Program-made: the position numbers and the translations under genes
Notes under the pieces: generated by a model
The model's database searches: none
Seen by the model: the letters and a program-made list of their open reading frames with translations, nothing else
What the model was told of the DNA's origin: nothing
In this document: positions 1-11,806 of the stretch, piece after piece
Layout of the letters: every line of letters begins with the position of its first letter
Numbering within the stretch: the stretch's first letter is position 1
Origin: Macrostomum lignano
Taxonomy: Eukaryota
Length of the DNA: 64,000 nt
Reading direction: 5' to 3'
Assembly (NCBI GenBank): GCA_002269645.1
Contig: NIVC01000673.1
Coordinates: 62,001-126,000, forward strand

Positions 1-620
1 GAGAGGAGAGTGCAGAGAGACGAGAGAAGATAATAGAGGAGAGAGAGTATAGAAGAGGGAAGAGAAAAGAAAAGAGGAGTAAGGAAAGAGAAAGAGGAAA
101 GAGGTGAGAGAAGAGACGAGAGAAGAGGGGAGAGAGGAGAGAGAGAGGAAAGAGTAGAGAGGAGAGAGGAGAGAGTTAAGAGAAGAGAGAAAAGAATAGA
201 GAGGAGAAGGAAGAGACGAGAGAAGAGGGGGAGAGAGGAGAGAGAGGAGAAGAGAGAAAACGAAAAAGTAGAGAGGAGAGAGGAGAGGAGAGAGAAAAGA
301 AAAGGGAAGAGATGAGATAAGAGATATGAAAGAGAAGAGAGATGAGGGAAGATACGAAAGAAGATAGGAGAGAGGAGAGGAGAGAGAAAACGAAAGAGTA
401 GAGAGGAGAGAGGAGAGGAGAGAGAAAACGAAAAGTAGAGAGGAGACAGGAGAGAGGAGAGAAGAGAGAAAACGAAAAGTAGAGAGGAGAGAGAGAGGAA
501 AGAGTAGGGAGAAGAGACAAGAGATAAGAGAGATGAGGGAAGATATGAGAGAAGAGAGGAGAGAGGAGAGAAGAGAGAGGAGAGACGAGGGATGAGAGAG
601 AAGAAAGGAAACAGAAGAGA
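1..620. repeat. GA-rich low-complexity tract (CT-rich on minus strand)
   Basis: Almost pure A/G, with a recurring GAGAGAAAACGAAAAGTAGAGAGGAGAG sub-unit; the 176..520 ORF is an S/L/F artefact. Confidence 0.95.
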
Positions 621-975
621 CGATAGAAATTTTAAAGGATCCAAGGGACATAGGGAGAGTCGGGGAGAGGCCAGAGTTTGCCAATACATGTTTTAGAGTC
701 AGACAGACATTGCCTGACATTCTGTGCAGTACCCCAGCCAACAATATCAATGTTTGCCTCAAATCCTAATTTTGCACGAATGTGTCCATTTTATGTCTAC
801 CTCTATCCTACTAACTATTAACAAGTTTTTGTTTGTGTATGACCTTAGATTTCAGAATACATGCAAAAGTATAGTTCCGGGGGATTGAAATTCCCCGGGT
901 TCAAAATCCGCGGGTTTCAACAGCTTGTTCATATATAGAGCTTTTATTTTTGATCGTTTAGAAAATTTGTATTGA

Positions 976-1473
976 CGTCTACTATCTGGGTTGATTTTAT
1001 ATCCTACGTACACTGGTACATGGGGGGGGCATCACAAACCCAAAAAATCACAACTCCGAAAAGCGCTTTCCATCATAAACCCGAAATATCATAAACCCGA
1101 AATATCACAAACCCGAAAAATCATAACTCCGAAATTGATAGCAACACACATCATAAACCCGAATATCATAAACCCGAAATATCATATCTCCGAAAACAAA
1201 AATAGCATTGCCCATCATAAACCCGAAGTATCACAAACCCGAAATATCATAACTCCGAAAGTTCTAGCAATGTCCAAACACTAGTTTGGTTTTCGTGTTC
1301 TCTCACGAGACGTCGTCTTAGATTTTTGAGCGCCAAAAAAGTCCCAACGGCAAACTCATAAATTACGAATATAGAGAAATGCAGCGCTACCGAACTAATA
1401 ATTTCCATCTATATTTTTATTAAACTGGTGAAGAAACTACATGTAAAATTGTAGTTAGCCTTAGTAGACGTCC
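976..1473. mobile_element. Possible small TIR element with internal ATCATAAACCCGAA repeats
   Basis: GACGTCTACTA (976) and TAGTAGACGTC (1463) are inverted; about a dozen degenerate AAACCCGAA/AACTCCGAA motifs at 1035-1260. No target duplication identified. Confidence 0.35.
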
Positions 1474-1483
1474 AAACTAATAG

Positions 1484-3285
1484 CTAGATTTTCATCTTGT
1501 AAACGGACATAAAACCGTCGCCTCCGCACGGCTCCGCCGTCTGGTCCTCCTCGCCCGGGCACCGGTTGTCGCAGTCATATTCAGTGCCTTGCCCAATCAG
1601 TCCGAAGTTGTTGCTGCAAAAGCATTGCAGTATCTTTTTGTCGGCGGGATCGGTTCGAATAGCAAAATATTTCGTGGCGAATATTGTACACTTGGAGCTG
1701 CACTTGTCTTTGTTCATCCTGCGGCCATCTCCGCCTGAAATTGGCGTAATAGAATATTTAGGCCTCAGTTTATCAAACCATGCAATGTTGAAATGAATTC
1801 AGTAGTTCACAATCAAACGCTTAACAAGTTTATTCAGGAACTTTCCAAGATCTTGCCTTACAACAATCAAACATGCCAGAATACTGTCAATTCAATGTTA
1901 AAAAAATGCATGCACCAAATTTTCCATTCCAGTAAGTCCGGAGACGGAAAACACTTTTTACCTCAAGGGCCACGCGGAGAACCTAGCGCATGACTGCGGC
2001 CCAGAGGAGGGGAGAAAGGAGAAAGAATAGAGAGGAGAGAACAGGGAGAGGAGAGAGAAGAAGGAGAGGAGAGAGAAGAAGGAGAGGAGAGAGAAGATGG
2101 AGAGGAGGGAGAAGAGGGAGAGGAGAGGAGAAGAGAGGAGAAAAGAGAGGAGAGAAGAGAGGAGCGGAGAGAAGGGAGAGGAGAGGAGCATAGAGAGAAA
2201 AGGGCAGAGAGGGATTAGAGAGAGGGGAGCTGAGAAGAGAGAAACCCTGAGCGGGCCGGATTGCTATTTGTGTTGTTGCTAGTGCTATTAAGAGACAGAT
2301 GGCCGGATAGGGAGATTGCGGGCCGCTGGGTCTAAGAAAGTCAAGCCTCAATCGAACACTCAACATTGTTGCGCAGGTAAATGCAAACTCAATGCAGTTT
2401 ACATGTGTCTGATATCCCTACATTACCATGTCTCAATCACCAAGCTGTAAAATGCCCAGACACTACAGTAGAATTCTTTCACCTATAAAATACAGGCCCC
2501 TGTCAATCTTGTCCTGATTGTCATGGTAGCAGCCCTGAGGCGCGTAGCCGCTCTTTGGCGGCTCAGAGGCCGTTGGACTCGCCCCGGGAGGTGTTTTCGT
2601 AGGATTCGCCAGCCTGTAGGCGCCGCGCGTGAGCTTGGCGGTGCCGACCACGGCGGTTTTCACACCGGATGCTGCTGTTTTTATGCCAGACCAGGCCCAG
2701 CCGACCGGAGCGAGTGGATCTGTCAGTAGGTTTGAGCACAGGTATGCGTTTAGCGACTTTAAAGTATCGATCAAGGTAAACATTAACAAGTTATAAACCA
2801 AGGACTACTTAAGTGGAAGGACGGGACACTATACGTTTCTTGGAAAATGCATTACGGAGATAAGAAGTTTGCATTTTTTAGCACAAAAATTGTTATTGCT
2901 CAATATTCATCTTTTGATATGTTGTGCCTTTCGTTTATCTCTATTGATATTCATAAAGCTTTTCGTTAAGAAAAATAGGACTCTATGCTATTTTGTATTC
3001 TACGTACAATTGTGCATGTCCTGTGCCTACGAGTAAAAGCCATTAAAATGGCATATGGCTCAGCTCATTGGTTTTATGAATCTATTTTATCATTCTTAGC
3101 TGACTGAGTAACAATATGTGTGACAGAGATGGTAAAATAGACTCACAAAAGTAAAACCAACGACTCCAGCTCTGCCATGCATTTTCATTTCTTCTACTAG
3201 AGTAGTCCCTTGGTATAAACTTAGCTCACTGAAACAACCCAGCCCCGCGCAGCGATCCGACGTTCCCGAAAGTCTATCGACGTCG
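1484..3285 (-). CDS. WSC-domain protein, 3' part (5' exons not found)
   Basis: Exons 3285-3230 (tentative), 2719-2483 and 1734-1484, with GT-AG boundaries and matching phase 1. Spliced product GCYHD...MNKDKCSSKC...YFA...QCFCSN...CDNRCPG...CGGDGFMSVY is the WSC cysteine pattern. Confidence 0.8.
1995..2245. repeat. GA-rich tract inside WSC-gene intron
   Basis: Purine-only on +, pyrimidine-rich on the sense (-) strand, within intron 1735-2482. Confidence 0.9.
2799..3212. mobile_element. Non-autonomous TIR element (MITE), CAAGG-ended family, copy 1
   Basis: CAAGGACTACTTAAG...GAGTAGTCCCTTG ends; flanks TTATAAAC/GTATAAAC (7/8); interior shares CAGCTCATTGGTTTTAT...TTCTTAGCTGACTG with the 17158 and 30516 copies. 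Confidence 0.85.
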
Positions 3286-4959
3286 CTGTCAAATATGCAC
3301 TGTTACATTACATCGACTTTCTTCCGTATTTCGTAAAGTACATATAATACTTGCCTATGCGATCACTATGTCAAACAACCGGTGTCAATAATATAGTGGC
3401 GACCCTCGCTTTCCCGTTGGGTCTGCGGACCACCCTGCAGCTAGGTCAAGTGATCGTCAAGTGCTAAAATAAACATATCCTTATCAAAACCCTTGGGTCG
3501 TGGTCTTTAACTGGATATAAATTAATCGCGGAAATCTGATACCGAATTCTAGAAGTTTTGAAACTTAAACTAGTATTTTTCACTTCTGTTGTGTTGAAAC
3601 CGGTAATTTACCAAGAAAGAATTCATAATGATTTCTATTGTCACGCACATGTAGAGCTGTGACGTTGCCAGTTTAAGGTGGTCCCGCAAAAGGGTCGTTG
3701 GACTACAATTTCACTACAATTTCTCATTTAATATTCTCCAATCGTGTATTCTCACGTTTACTTGTAGTAGCGCCCAACGAATCTGTATCAATTGCTAATC
3801 ATTGCGTACATTGTAATTTTTGCGTACGTCTGTAGGGTCTCGCGCGATCAATAATTTCAGTTCTCGCTTTTCCCCCCGCCAGCCAATGATAACTCTCCGC
3901 ATATATTATGCTAACCCTCCTGCGCTCCTTTATTAACCCCGCCTGTCTCACGCCTTTCTCTCACGCCTCCTTTCGCTCTCCTTCGTTCACTCCTCCTCCT
4001 CTCTCTCCTTATCTCTCGCCACGGCCCCACCCTGTCTGGGCCAGACTTGTTTATGCAATCGTGCTCCACCTTGTACTGCCACGGGCTAGCGCCCAATCAC
4101 GCCACTACTTGTCTACTTGCTACTCACTGCCACCACCGTACTCAGCGCCATCACTTGCTACTTTGCTTCACCATCATCCTTCATCATCTGCTGGACTTCA
4201 TAACTTCAATTACATCGACCCGTTGTTGCAGCCGCCAGTGCCCCAGAACGCTATAACTCTTGTATTGACATTAATCATATTGACAACGACAATAAACGGT
4301 TTACGGCAGTCCTCTGCCATCATACGCCAAGTGCTTCCGCTACACAACCCACTCCGCAAGAGTTTGACTTCACCATTAATTTGGGACTACAACGACTACA
4401 AAAACGTGACAGAGCAATACATTACACTTGAGGATAAGGCCTCTGTAAAAATGCAGTTATTTTTTCAATTTTTTAGGGTCAGAACAGTGTGTCTAGCTCA
4501 CGAATCAGAACTCGATTAAGTACAATTCTTAGCGACTTACCAACCAAAACGCACGCATCGCCATGTCCGACGCAACCGCCCAGCAGCGTCATCAACGCGC
4601 ATGCCAACCAAAATTTGAAGCTCCACACTGGCAATTGTAGAGCCCTATTGTGTGATGACATTACTCAGTCTAACTTCGTGGTCATGGGGAAGCTTGCACA
4701 CAGGGCATCGTTACTTGCATTTATTAATACTTTTATTACCGTACTATCAACTTCTCAAGGCTTGAATTTAATGTTACCTATAGCAACTGTCTGTGGTAGC
4801 TCTTGATTTCTTCACTTAATTTTGCAATTTTTACATCCTGAAGTGCACATGGTCGAATTTATTCGTAGTAACTGTCGTTCGTACTTTTGCGACATTACAT
4901 GTAATTGACACAAATTAATTAAAAAAATATCAAGTTCCTCTTCTATCAATTCTGTTTTT

Positions 4960-5660
4960 TGATTAACCCAATTTCAAATCAAACACCAATTCCTAATTTT
5001 GATACAAGACAGCTTTGGCGCTTACTGAAACCACATAACCGCTCCAATAACAATGCAGCAATTGACGAAAACTTTGAGAAACATTTCCAAAACCTTGTTA
5101 CTGAGCAGAATAGCAATATTAGACTTTCATACAACCTACACCTAGACAGCCCTACTCTAGCTGGTCTAGAGCACTTCAATGCCCCCTTCACTATAAAGAT
5201 GAAGTTATAAGACATATCAAAAAGCTCAAAGTCGACAAAGCACCAGGCACGATAAAGTCTACGTAGAAACCCTACAATACCTTGATAATAAACTCTCTGA
5301 CTTCCTATGTTCACTCTTCAATGAAATTCTTAAACAGCAAACCTTCCCAACCAGTTGGATAACCAATACACTTTGCCCAATTTACAAAACAAAGGCAACA
5401 AAAATGACCCCAATAATTATAGAGGTATATGCATCCAACCCATTCTTGGCAAGCTGCTCTGCCAAATAATCAAATCAAGACTTGAAAAACTAGCACACTC
5501 AAACGACCTCATCTCAAAATACCAATATGGTTTCAAGCCCAATCACAGCACAATCGACCAGTGTTTCAACCTTTATAAAATTATTAATCAATCTATGTCT
5601 AGCAAAGAGGAACTTTTTATTGGGTTTGTTGACTACGAAAAAGGTTTCGATAGCACGAAT
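4960..5660 (+). mobile_element. Degenerate non-LTR retrotransposon (LINE) reverse-transcriptase fragment
   Basis: LWRLLK linker, KAPGHD, KGNKNDPNNYRGI, QYGFKP, STIDQ, LFIGFVDYEKGFDS across frameshifted ORFs; stops before the YxDD motif. Confidence 0.85.
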
Positions 5661-7084
5661 TTACGGTAATTACGGTTAATATATGCTTTGATATATTGGC
5701 ATAAAATAGTTACTTTTTTATTTATTTTTCTTTTCTTTTGGATTTTTCGTTCGAACTTCATTCGCAACTTATCGTAATCAAAGTAATCTCGCAATTAAAG
5801 CTATACCTCGTAATTCGTACTCATTTTTTTAGTATTAATATTTATACTCGTTGTTAGTTGTTAGTCGTCACTTTTCGTCCAAAAATACCGTAAAAATTCT
5901 GGCGCGCTTTCAAATACTTTATCTTTTACCTGTCAAATCGTCGTCAAATCGTCTTTATAAACTTCTAGCTCTATAATATATTGGCCAAACAGGCTAATTG
6001 CCTGAGCCAAATTCTTACTACTACTACTACTACTATTTTTATTTATCCACCCCACCTCACAAAAAAAGAAGATTTTTAATCAAGCCGAGCCTAGACCTAT
6101 CAGAAAATAATAAGCATGATATTAGACTAGACCAGCTATAATTTTTTATTGTGGCTGACAATTTTTAAAATCTTGCCTTGCCTGTTGGTCTTAACTTCAA
6201 TGCAAACTTAAAAGCTTCCGTTATGGCTTATGCTGATTATCCTAATCAGTATTAGTATTAGTAGGCCTGGTTATTGTGGTTAAAAATAGCACTTTAAACA
6301 CTAAAGATATAAAAGATAGGCCCTACTTTTAACACTTTAATTTAAATATATTTTATGCATTTGCCAATATGTCTTTCCATTTGGATAATTGGATCTGTTA
6401 TATTATATCTCTTTGTCACTTTGGTCTTGAGGGTCTTGGCTTGTTGAAACACTAGGCTATTCTAACAAGTCTAAGATTGAGGTCTAGGACTAAGGTCTAC
6501 TATGTATGCACCAAAAGATCATCTATAGTTGTTTTTACACCAGCCATTTATGCTAATCCATTTTCTATTAATTCTTACACTAAACATTTATGCCAAGGCT
6601 AATTAATTTTTGTCTAGAATTATACCAGAGATTTCTAGCATAACTGTAACAAAACAGACTATGGCCTCTAAATTTGTAGTATATGCTTATAAGCCAATTG
6701 GAATTGTGGCCACTTTATTTAGTTTTAGACTTTACTTTAGTATGTGGCTACTTTAAATTTAAAGAAAGATAGGCCCTTAGCTTTCAAACCTTTAATTACT
6801 ATTGCCTTGGCTATTTCTAGCTCCTGGGGTTTAAAAAGATAATTGTATATAAATGCTATCTAAAACTGGATAGTTTGCAAATAAAATAAAAAAATTAATG
6901 AAAGAATTTCTATTTTTTTATTTTAGCCTTTTTTTTCCTTTAAACTAATAAGAAATAGGTTTGTCTTGTAGCCATATTGGTCTATAGCCATCTTGGTCCA
7001 TTACAAAATTCATAAACATCCGAGTTATCAATGTGACAATCTAGGTTTTTGCAAGAGACAATGTGTAAAATTGCACCTTGTACC

Positions 7085-7800
7085 CCATAGTCAGGAAGGT
7101 GGCAGTTTGGTCGGAAAATTCCGGCGCACACAAGCCCTTTTTGGGCACACAACGGCGCACAGCGGCGCATAGCGGTGCGCCACAACAGCGCACAGCGGCG
7201 CACTGGCGCACAGCGGCGCACAACGGCGCACACCAGAGGACACCGGCGCATGGCGGCGCGGCGCGGCGGGCGCCGCGCCACATGCAGCGTTACCCTTGTG
7301 GCGATCCCATGTAACGATGTAAGTCGTTACTTGTTACAGTACACTATTCACTGTTCTATCTAATGTAACACTGCATTCTACCAAAAAATAAAAAATAAAA
7401 TAAAATATTTTCCTTTTCCTTTTTACCTTTGTTTTTGCCATTTGCTTACTTTTTATGTTTGTTTTGTTTTAAAAATTAGAAATTAAATTAAAAATTTTTT
7501 AAATTTCTATTTTCGGTTTAACGATCTCAATTTCTCATAATATAGATAGCCCGTAACCGTCCCGTATTAACCATTATATTCTCTTGTCTCGTGACTCGAC
7601 TCTCGTGTAACGTTTATTGAAAATATTGGCGCACAAAAATTGTTGCTATGTTGTAAAAAAAGGTCTTTTATTGTCGCAAGGCAGGTAGTGGCGGGCGCAC
7701 AACGGCGCACACGAGGGTTTTTGTGTCGGCGCACGGCGCACAATTTTGGGAGAGGCCAAAATTTGTTCCGGCGCACACTCTGCCACCTTCCTGACTATGG
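7085..7800. mobile_element. MITE with CCATAGTCAGGA termini, copy 1
   Basis: 21-bp TIR CCATAGTCAGGAAGGTGGCAG; exact 8-bp TSD CTTGTACC (7077-7084, 7801-7808); many subterminal GGCGCAC motifs. Confidence 0.92.
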
Positions 7801-9201
7801 CTTGTACCTATTTCAAGGTATAATTTTAAGGCTCAGAGTGCAATTTCTCTTCTATAAAAAAACTAGGATTGTAAATAGGCCTATTTATATTAAATATTTT
7901 CTTATATTAAAAATATGCATTGACCTATTGTCTTATTTTTAAAAATCTTATTCTAAGGCAATGCAAATAAGGCTTAAAAGGAAAATAAGTTGTAAGACAG
8001 CATTTAAACCATTCCAACTTTTTAAATTTCAAGGTACAATTTCAAAATTCAGGGTATATATATAGATATTAAATCTCTAAGTAATATACTCTATGCACAA
8101 AAAACCCACATTGACAATCAAATTAATGAATTTGGCTACATCTACCTTATTATATATTATTAACAACAATATATATTAAACCAAAGTAACAAAAATCTTA
8201 GGGCCTACCTTTTTATACTATTGATAGATTTGATAGATTTGGTAACTTTTAAAATTTAATATCTAATCTATAACTAATTTAGTTATTTGAATATACATTA
8301 TTGACTATTGCTAAGCCTATAAATCCAAATATACTATATCTCTAAGGTTTGTATGCTTGATTGATTGATTGAATATCTATAAAGCTCTAGAGATTGCAAT
8401 ATATTGCTAAAGATTGAAAGACAAAACTTATTATAAAGGCAAAATAGCAAAGGCAAATTACATATATTTGTATATTTGATATATTGTATATTGCCACCTT
8501 GAAATTCAAAAAGTGCAATAGAAATATCTTACTTCTATTAAAATAGTATATTAATATGGTATTATTATATAGGCTTATATTGATTGTCCTATAGTTTTTT
8601 ATGTTAAGTTTCATATTTTATTGCAATGATAGCATATGAAATATATAACCATAATGTAAATTTTAAGTTGGTCAAAACTTAGTCTTAGCTTTTATTTCAT
8701 TGTTTTATTTTTTTAGTTCATTTTCCAAATCATGTTACCTTTAAGATATCTAATACAAAATTCTTTTAACTATAATCTTTAACTATAGAATAATCTTATA
8801 AGTTTTTACTTTATTATCTATAAAGTAAATATTTAAATATATAAATATATAAGGTTATATATAACATTAGGCCTATGATTGTATACTATAATATCCGGGA
8901 ACATTTGTAGCAATGGATGACTATAATAAAACTAAAACAATTGATAGATTAATAAACTATAAAATAAAATAAACTATATTTTTAGGCTTTTGTTATTATT
9001 GAATTTTATGAAAAACTTGGTCATACTAGCCATTTAATATAACAAGGCTGTGCATGTATGATTTAACTTATTTGTTGTCTTAAGCAATTGTTAAAATTAT
9101 ATAATATACCAGTGTAGTCTTACTATACTGGTTCTTACCATAGTCAAAGCTTGCCTAAAACAAGCAACACATGTATTTACAATAGACAATAAACATTTAC
9201 A

Positions 9202-10598
9202 ATGGTAAATAATGAACAATAAGAATTTAGATTTTGATTTCTTACAATTTTTTATATTGATTTGTTTGCCACTCATTGAAGCATCCAGCATCTGCCAGTG
9301 TCACTTGGTGCCCAGCCATCAATCAATTCTTGGTGTGGGACGCCAGTTCAGCGCAATGGCTGAGACAAGCCAGAGTCCTTGCTGTCCCTGTTGGCACATT
9401 GCCACGCTGTCCGCGTCAGAATCGGTGCCTTTACCTGCCCTGTGCGCTAACAGCCGAACAGGCAGCTGTTGCTGCTGAAGAATTGCAATCTGACATTCGA
9501 TTCAGCTGTCAGACTGCCTGTCCTGACCATCCGGCTGACTCCGCCACCATCGCTGAGTATGCCAGGCAGCGTGAACAGAATTACAGTGAAGCTACAGAAG
9601 TTCTGTTAGCCAGGCGTAGGCTGAGGATGACGCCTCACGCGGCTAAGATTGCGGCCGGTCGAGCTGTTAAAAGGCGTAGACAGGAGCAGAAAATGGAGCA
9701 CCAAACTGGAAGTAACAAATTAAAAGAACAAAAAACTGAAGTTGAAGCAAAACAACAAACTGTTTCGAAAATGGAAGTTAAAGAAAGCCATAAACTCTTG
9801 GAAACAAAACCGGAAGTTGAAGGAAACCAAATGCTTGGCGTGGAAGCGAAACCAGAAGTTGAAGGAAACCAAATGCTTGGCGTGGAAGCGAAACCAGAAG
9901 TTGAAGGAAACCAACTGCTAGGCGTGGAAGCAAAACCGGAAGTTGAAGAAAACCAAATGCTTGGCGTGGAAGCAAAACCGGAAGTTGAAGAAAACCAAAC
10001 TGCTATTGAAGAACTGGAAGTTGATCTAGAAGCGGAAGCTTTAGCCGAAGGTCTTCCAACCTTAGACAGGGTTCCAATTCACCTGCCGACTCGAACCCCG
10101 GACTCTTGGCTTCGAAGAGGCGAACTTCTGCCCCATGACTGCGGCGCTGCGCCATCATCGCCGCCAGAAACGGCGCGCAACCGGCTTCGCTTAAACGTTT
10201 GGCGCCAATTATGGCGCCTAGGCTACTATCTGACTAGCGGCGCCGCTAATTTCGGTGCCGATTTCCTGCTCTACCAGGGCGAGCCGTTGCGCTATCACGC
10301 CACGCATCTTGTCCTGTGCTGCCCGTCTGGCTCACTGCCTCCACCTCGGTCGCTCACCTGTCACCTGCGAGTGGCTAACGATGCAAAGAAATTGCTATTG
10401 ATTGCCCTGCCAGTTGATAATGGCGCAGGCGTGGCATTTCGCGTGTTCGCCTGGCGCAGAGGCGAAGCCGTGGAGTTGGAGTTGGGCAGCGAGCAGGAGC
10501 GAGACGCTTTGGATGCCATGGAGGCGGCGGCTGCAGCTGCTGCAACTGACGGACGGCTGAATGAGATGGACTGCGATGATGAGGAAGAGGATCTTTGA
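9202..10598 (+). CDS. TSEN34: tRNA-splicing endonuclease catalytic subunit Sen34
   Basis: N-terminal FLVW...GTLPRCPRQN..LP and C-terminal GYYLTSG..FGADFLLYQGEPLRYHA...AKKLLL (Y/H/K triad). Main exon 9282-10598; ATG probably at 9202-9204 followed by a GTAAAT donor (77-bp intron). Confidence 0.9.
9807..10000 (+). repeat. Coding 42-bp tandem repeat (KPEVEGNQMLGVEA x about 4.6) in TSEN34
   Basis: Units start at 9807, 9849, 9891, 9933 and 9975; frame is preserved. Confidence 0.95.
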
Positions 10599-10652
10599 GT
10601 TGGAGTTGCCTAAGATTTTTTGCCACTGTTCACTAATTATTTGATTTCTTCC

Positions 10653-11470
10653 TATCCGCTCTCTACCCAATGTTCTACTCATCTGATCCGCTCTCTACCC
10701 AATGTTCTACTCATCTGATCCCCTCTCTACCCAATGTTCTACTCATCTGATCCGCTCTCTACCCAGTGTTCTACTCATCTGATCCGCTCTCTACCCAATG
10801 TTCTACACATCTGATCCGCTCTCTACCCAGTGTTCTACTCATCTGATCCGCTCTCTACCCAGTGTTCTACTCATCTGATCCGCTCTCTACCCAGTGTTCT
10901 ACTCATCTGATTCGCTCTCTACCCTGTGTTCTACTCATCTGATCCACTCTCTACCCAGTGTTCTACTCATCTGATCCACTCTCTACCCTGTGTTCTACTC
11001 ATCTGATCCGCTCTCTACCCTGTGTTCTACTCATCTGATCCGCTCTCTACCCAATGTTCTACTCATCTGATCCCCTCTCTACCCAATGTTCTACTCATCT
11101 GATCCGCTCTCTACCCAATGTTCTACACATCTGATCCGCTCTCTACCCAGTGTTCTACTCATCTGATCCGCTCTCTACCCAGTGTTCTACTCATCTGATC
11201 CGCTCTCTACCCAGTGTTCTACTCATCTGATTCGCTCTCTACCCAGTGTTCTACTCATCTGATCCACTCTCTACCCAGTGTTCTACTCATCTGATCCGCT
11301 CTCTACCCTGTGTTCTACTCATCTGATCCACTCTCTACCCAATGTTCTACTCATCCGATCCGGTCTCTACCAAGTGTTCTACTCATCCGATCCGGTCTCT
11401 ACCCAGTGTTCTACTCATCTGATCCACTCTCTACCCAGTTTTCTACTGATCTGATCCGCTCTCTACCCAT
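10653..11470 (+). repeat. 32-bp minisatellite (CATCTGATCCGCTCTCTACCCAGTGTTCTACT), about 25 copies
   Basis: Period 32 counted directly; lies just downstream of the TSEN34 stop. Confidence 0.97.
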
Positions 11471-11667
11471 TGTGAACTTCGTAAAGTGCATTTATGATTA
11501 ATGTTTTCTTGCTTGAGGACAGTGTCTGTCAAATCTTCATTGTTGGTCAAGTGTTGTAACACTCACTGCGAATGCAATACACTTGTCGCATTTTATAATT
11601 GGCCAAAAAATTTCCAGTATCTGTAATGAGCGATTGTTTTTACTTTATTTTGTTCTCTAACGGAAAG

Positions 11668-11673
11668 AATAAA
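11668..11673 (+). promoter_or_regulatory. Candidate AATAAA polyadenylation signal for TSEN34
   Basis: AATAAA followed by T-rich sequence, after the 3' minisatellite. Confidence 0.4.
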
Positions 11674-11806
11674 TAATGTTTTTCATTACCTATTGTCAGC
11701 ATTTTTGCTAACTTTAAAAAATTCTATCCCAATTTATGTTTGGATAGAAAAAGTCTTTTTCCTTTGTCTCGAACAAAAGATCCAAAGATCAACTAAACCA
11801 GTTTCC

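Noticed and set aside
3908-4806. 203-aa and 105-aa ORFs upstream of the LINE RT
   Set aside because: No recognisable motifs; they may be decayed LINE sequence but I cannot support a call.
9276-9278. TTG/GTG starts in the ORF track as real initiation codons
   Set aside because: The genes are eukaryotic and spliced; these positions fall at or near splice acceptors.
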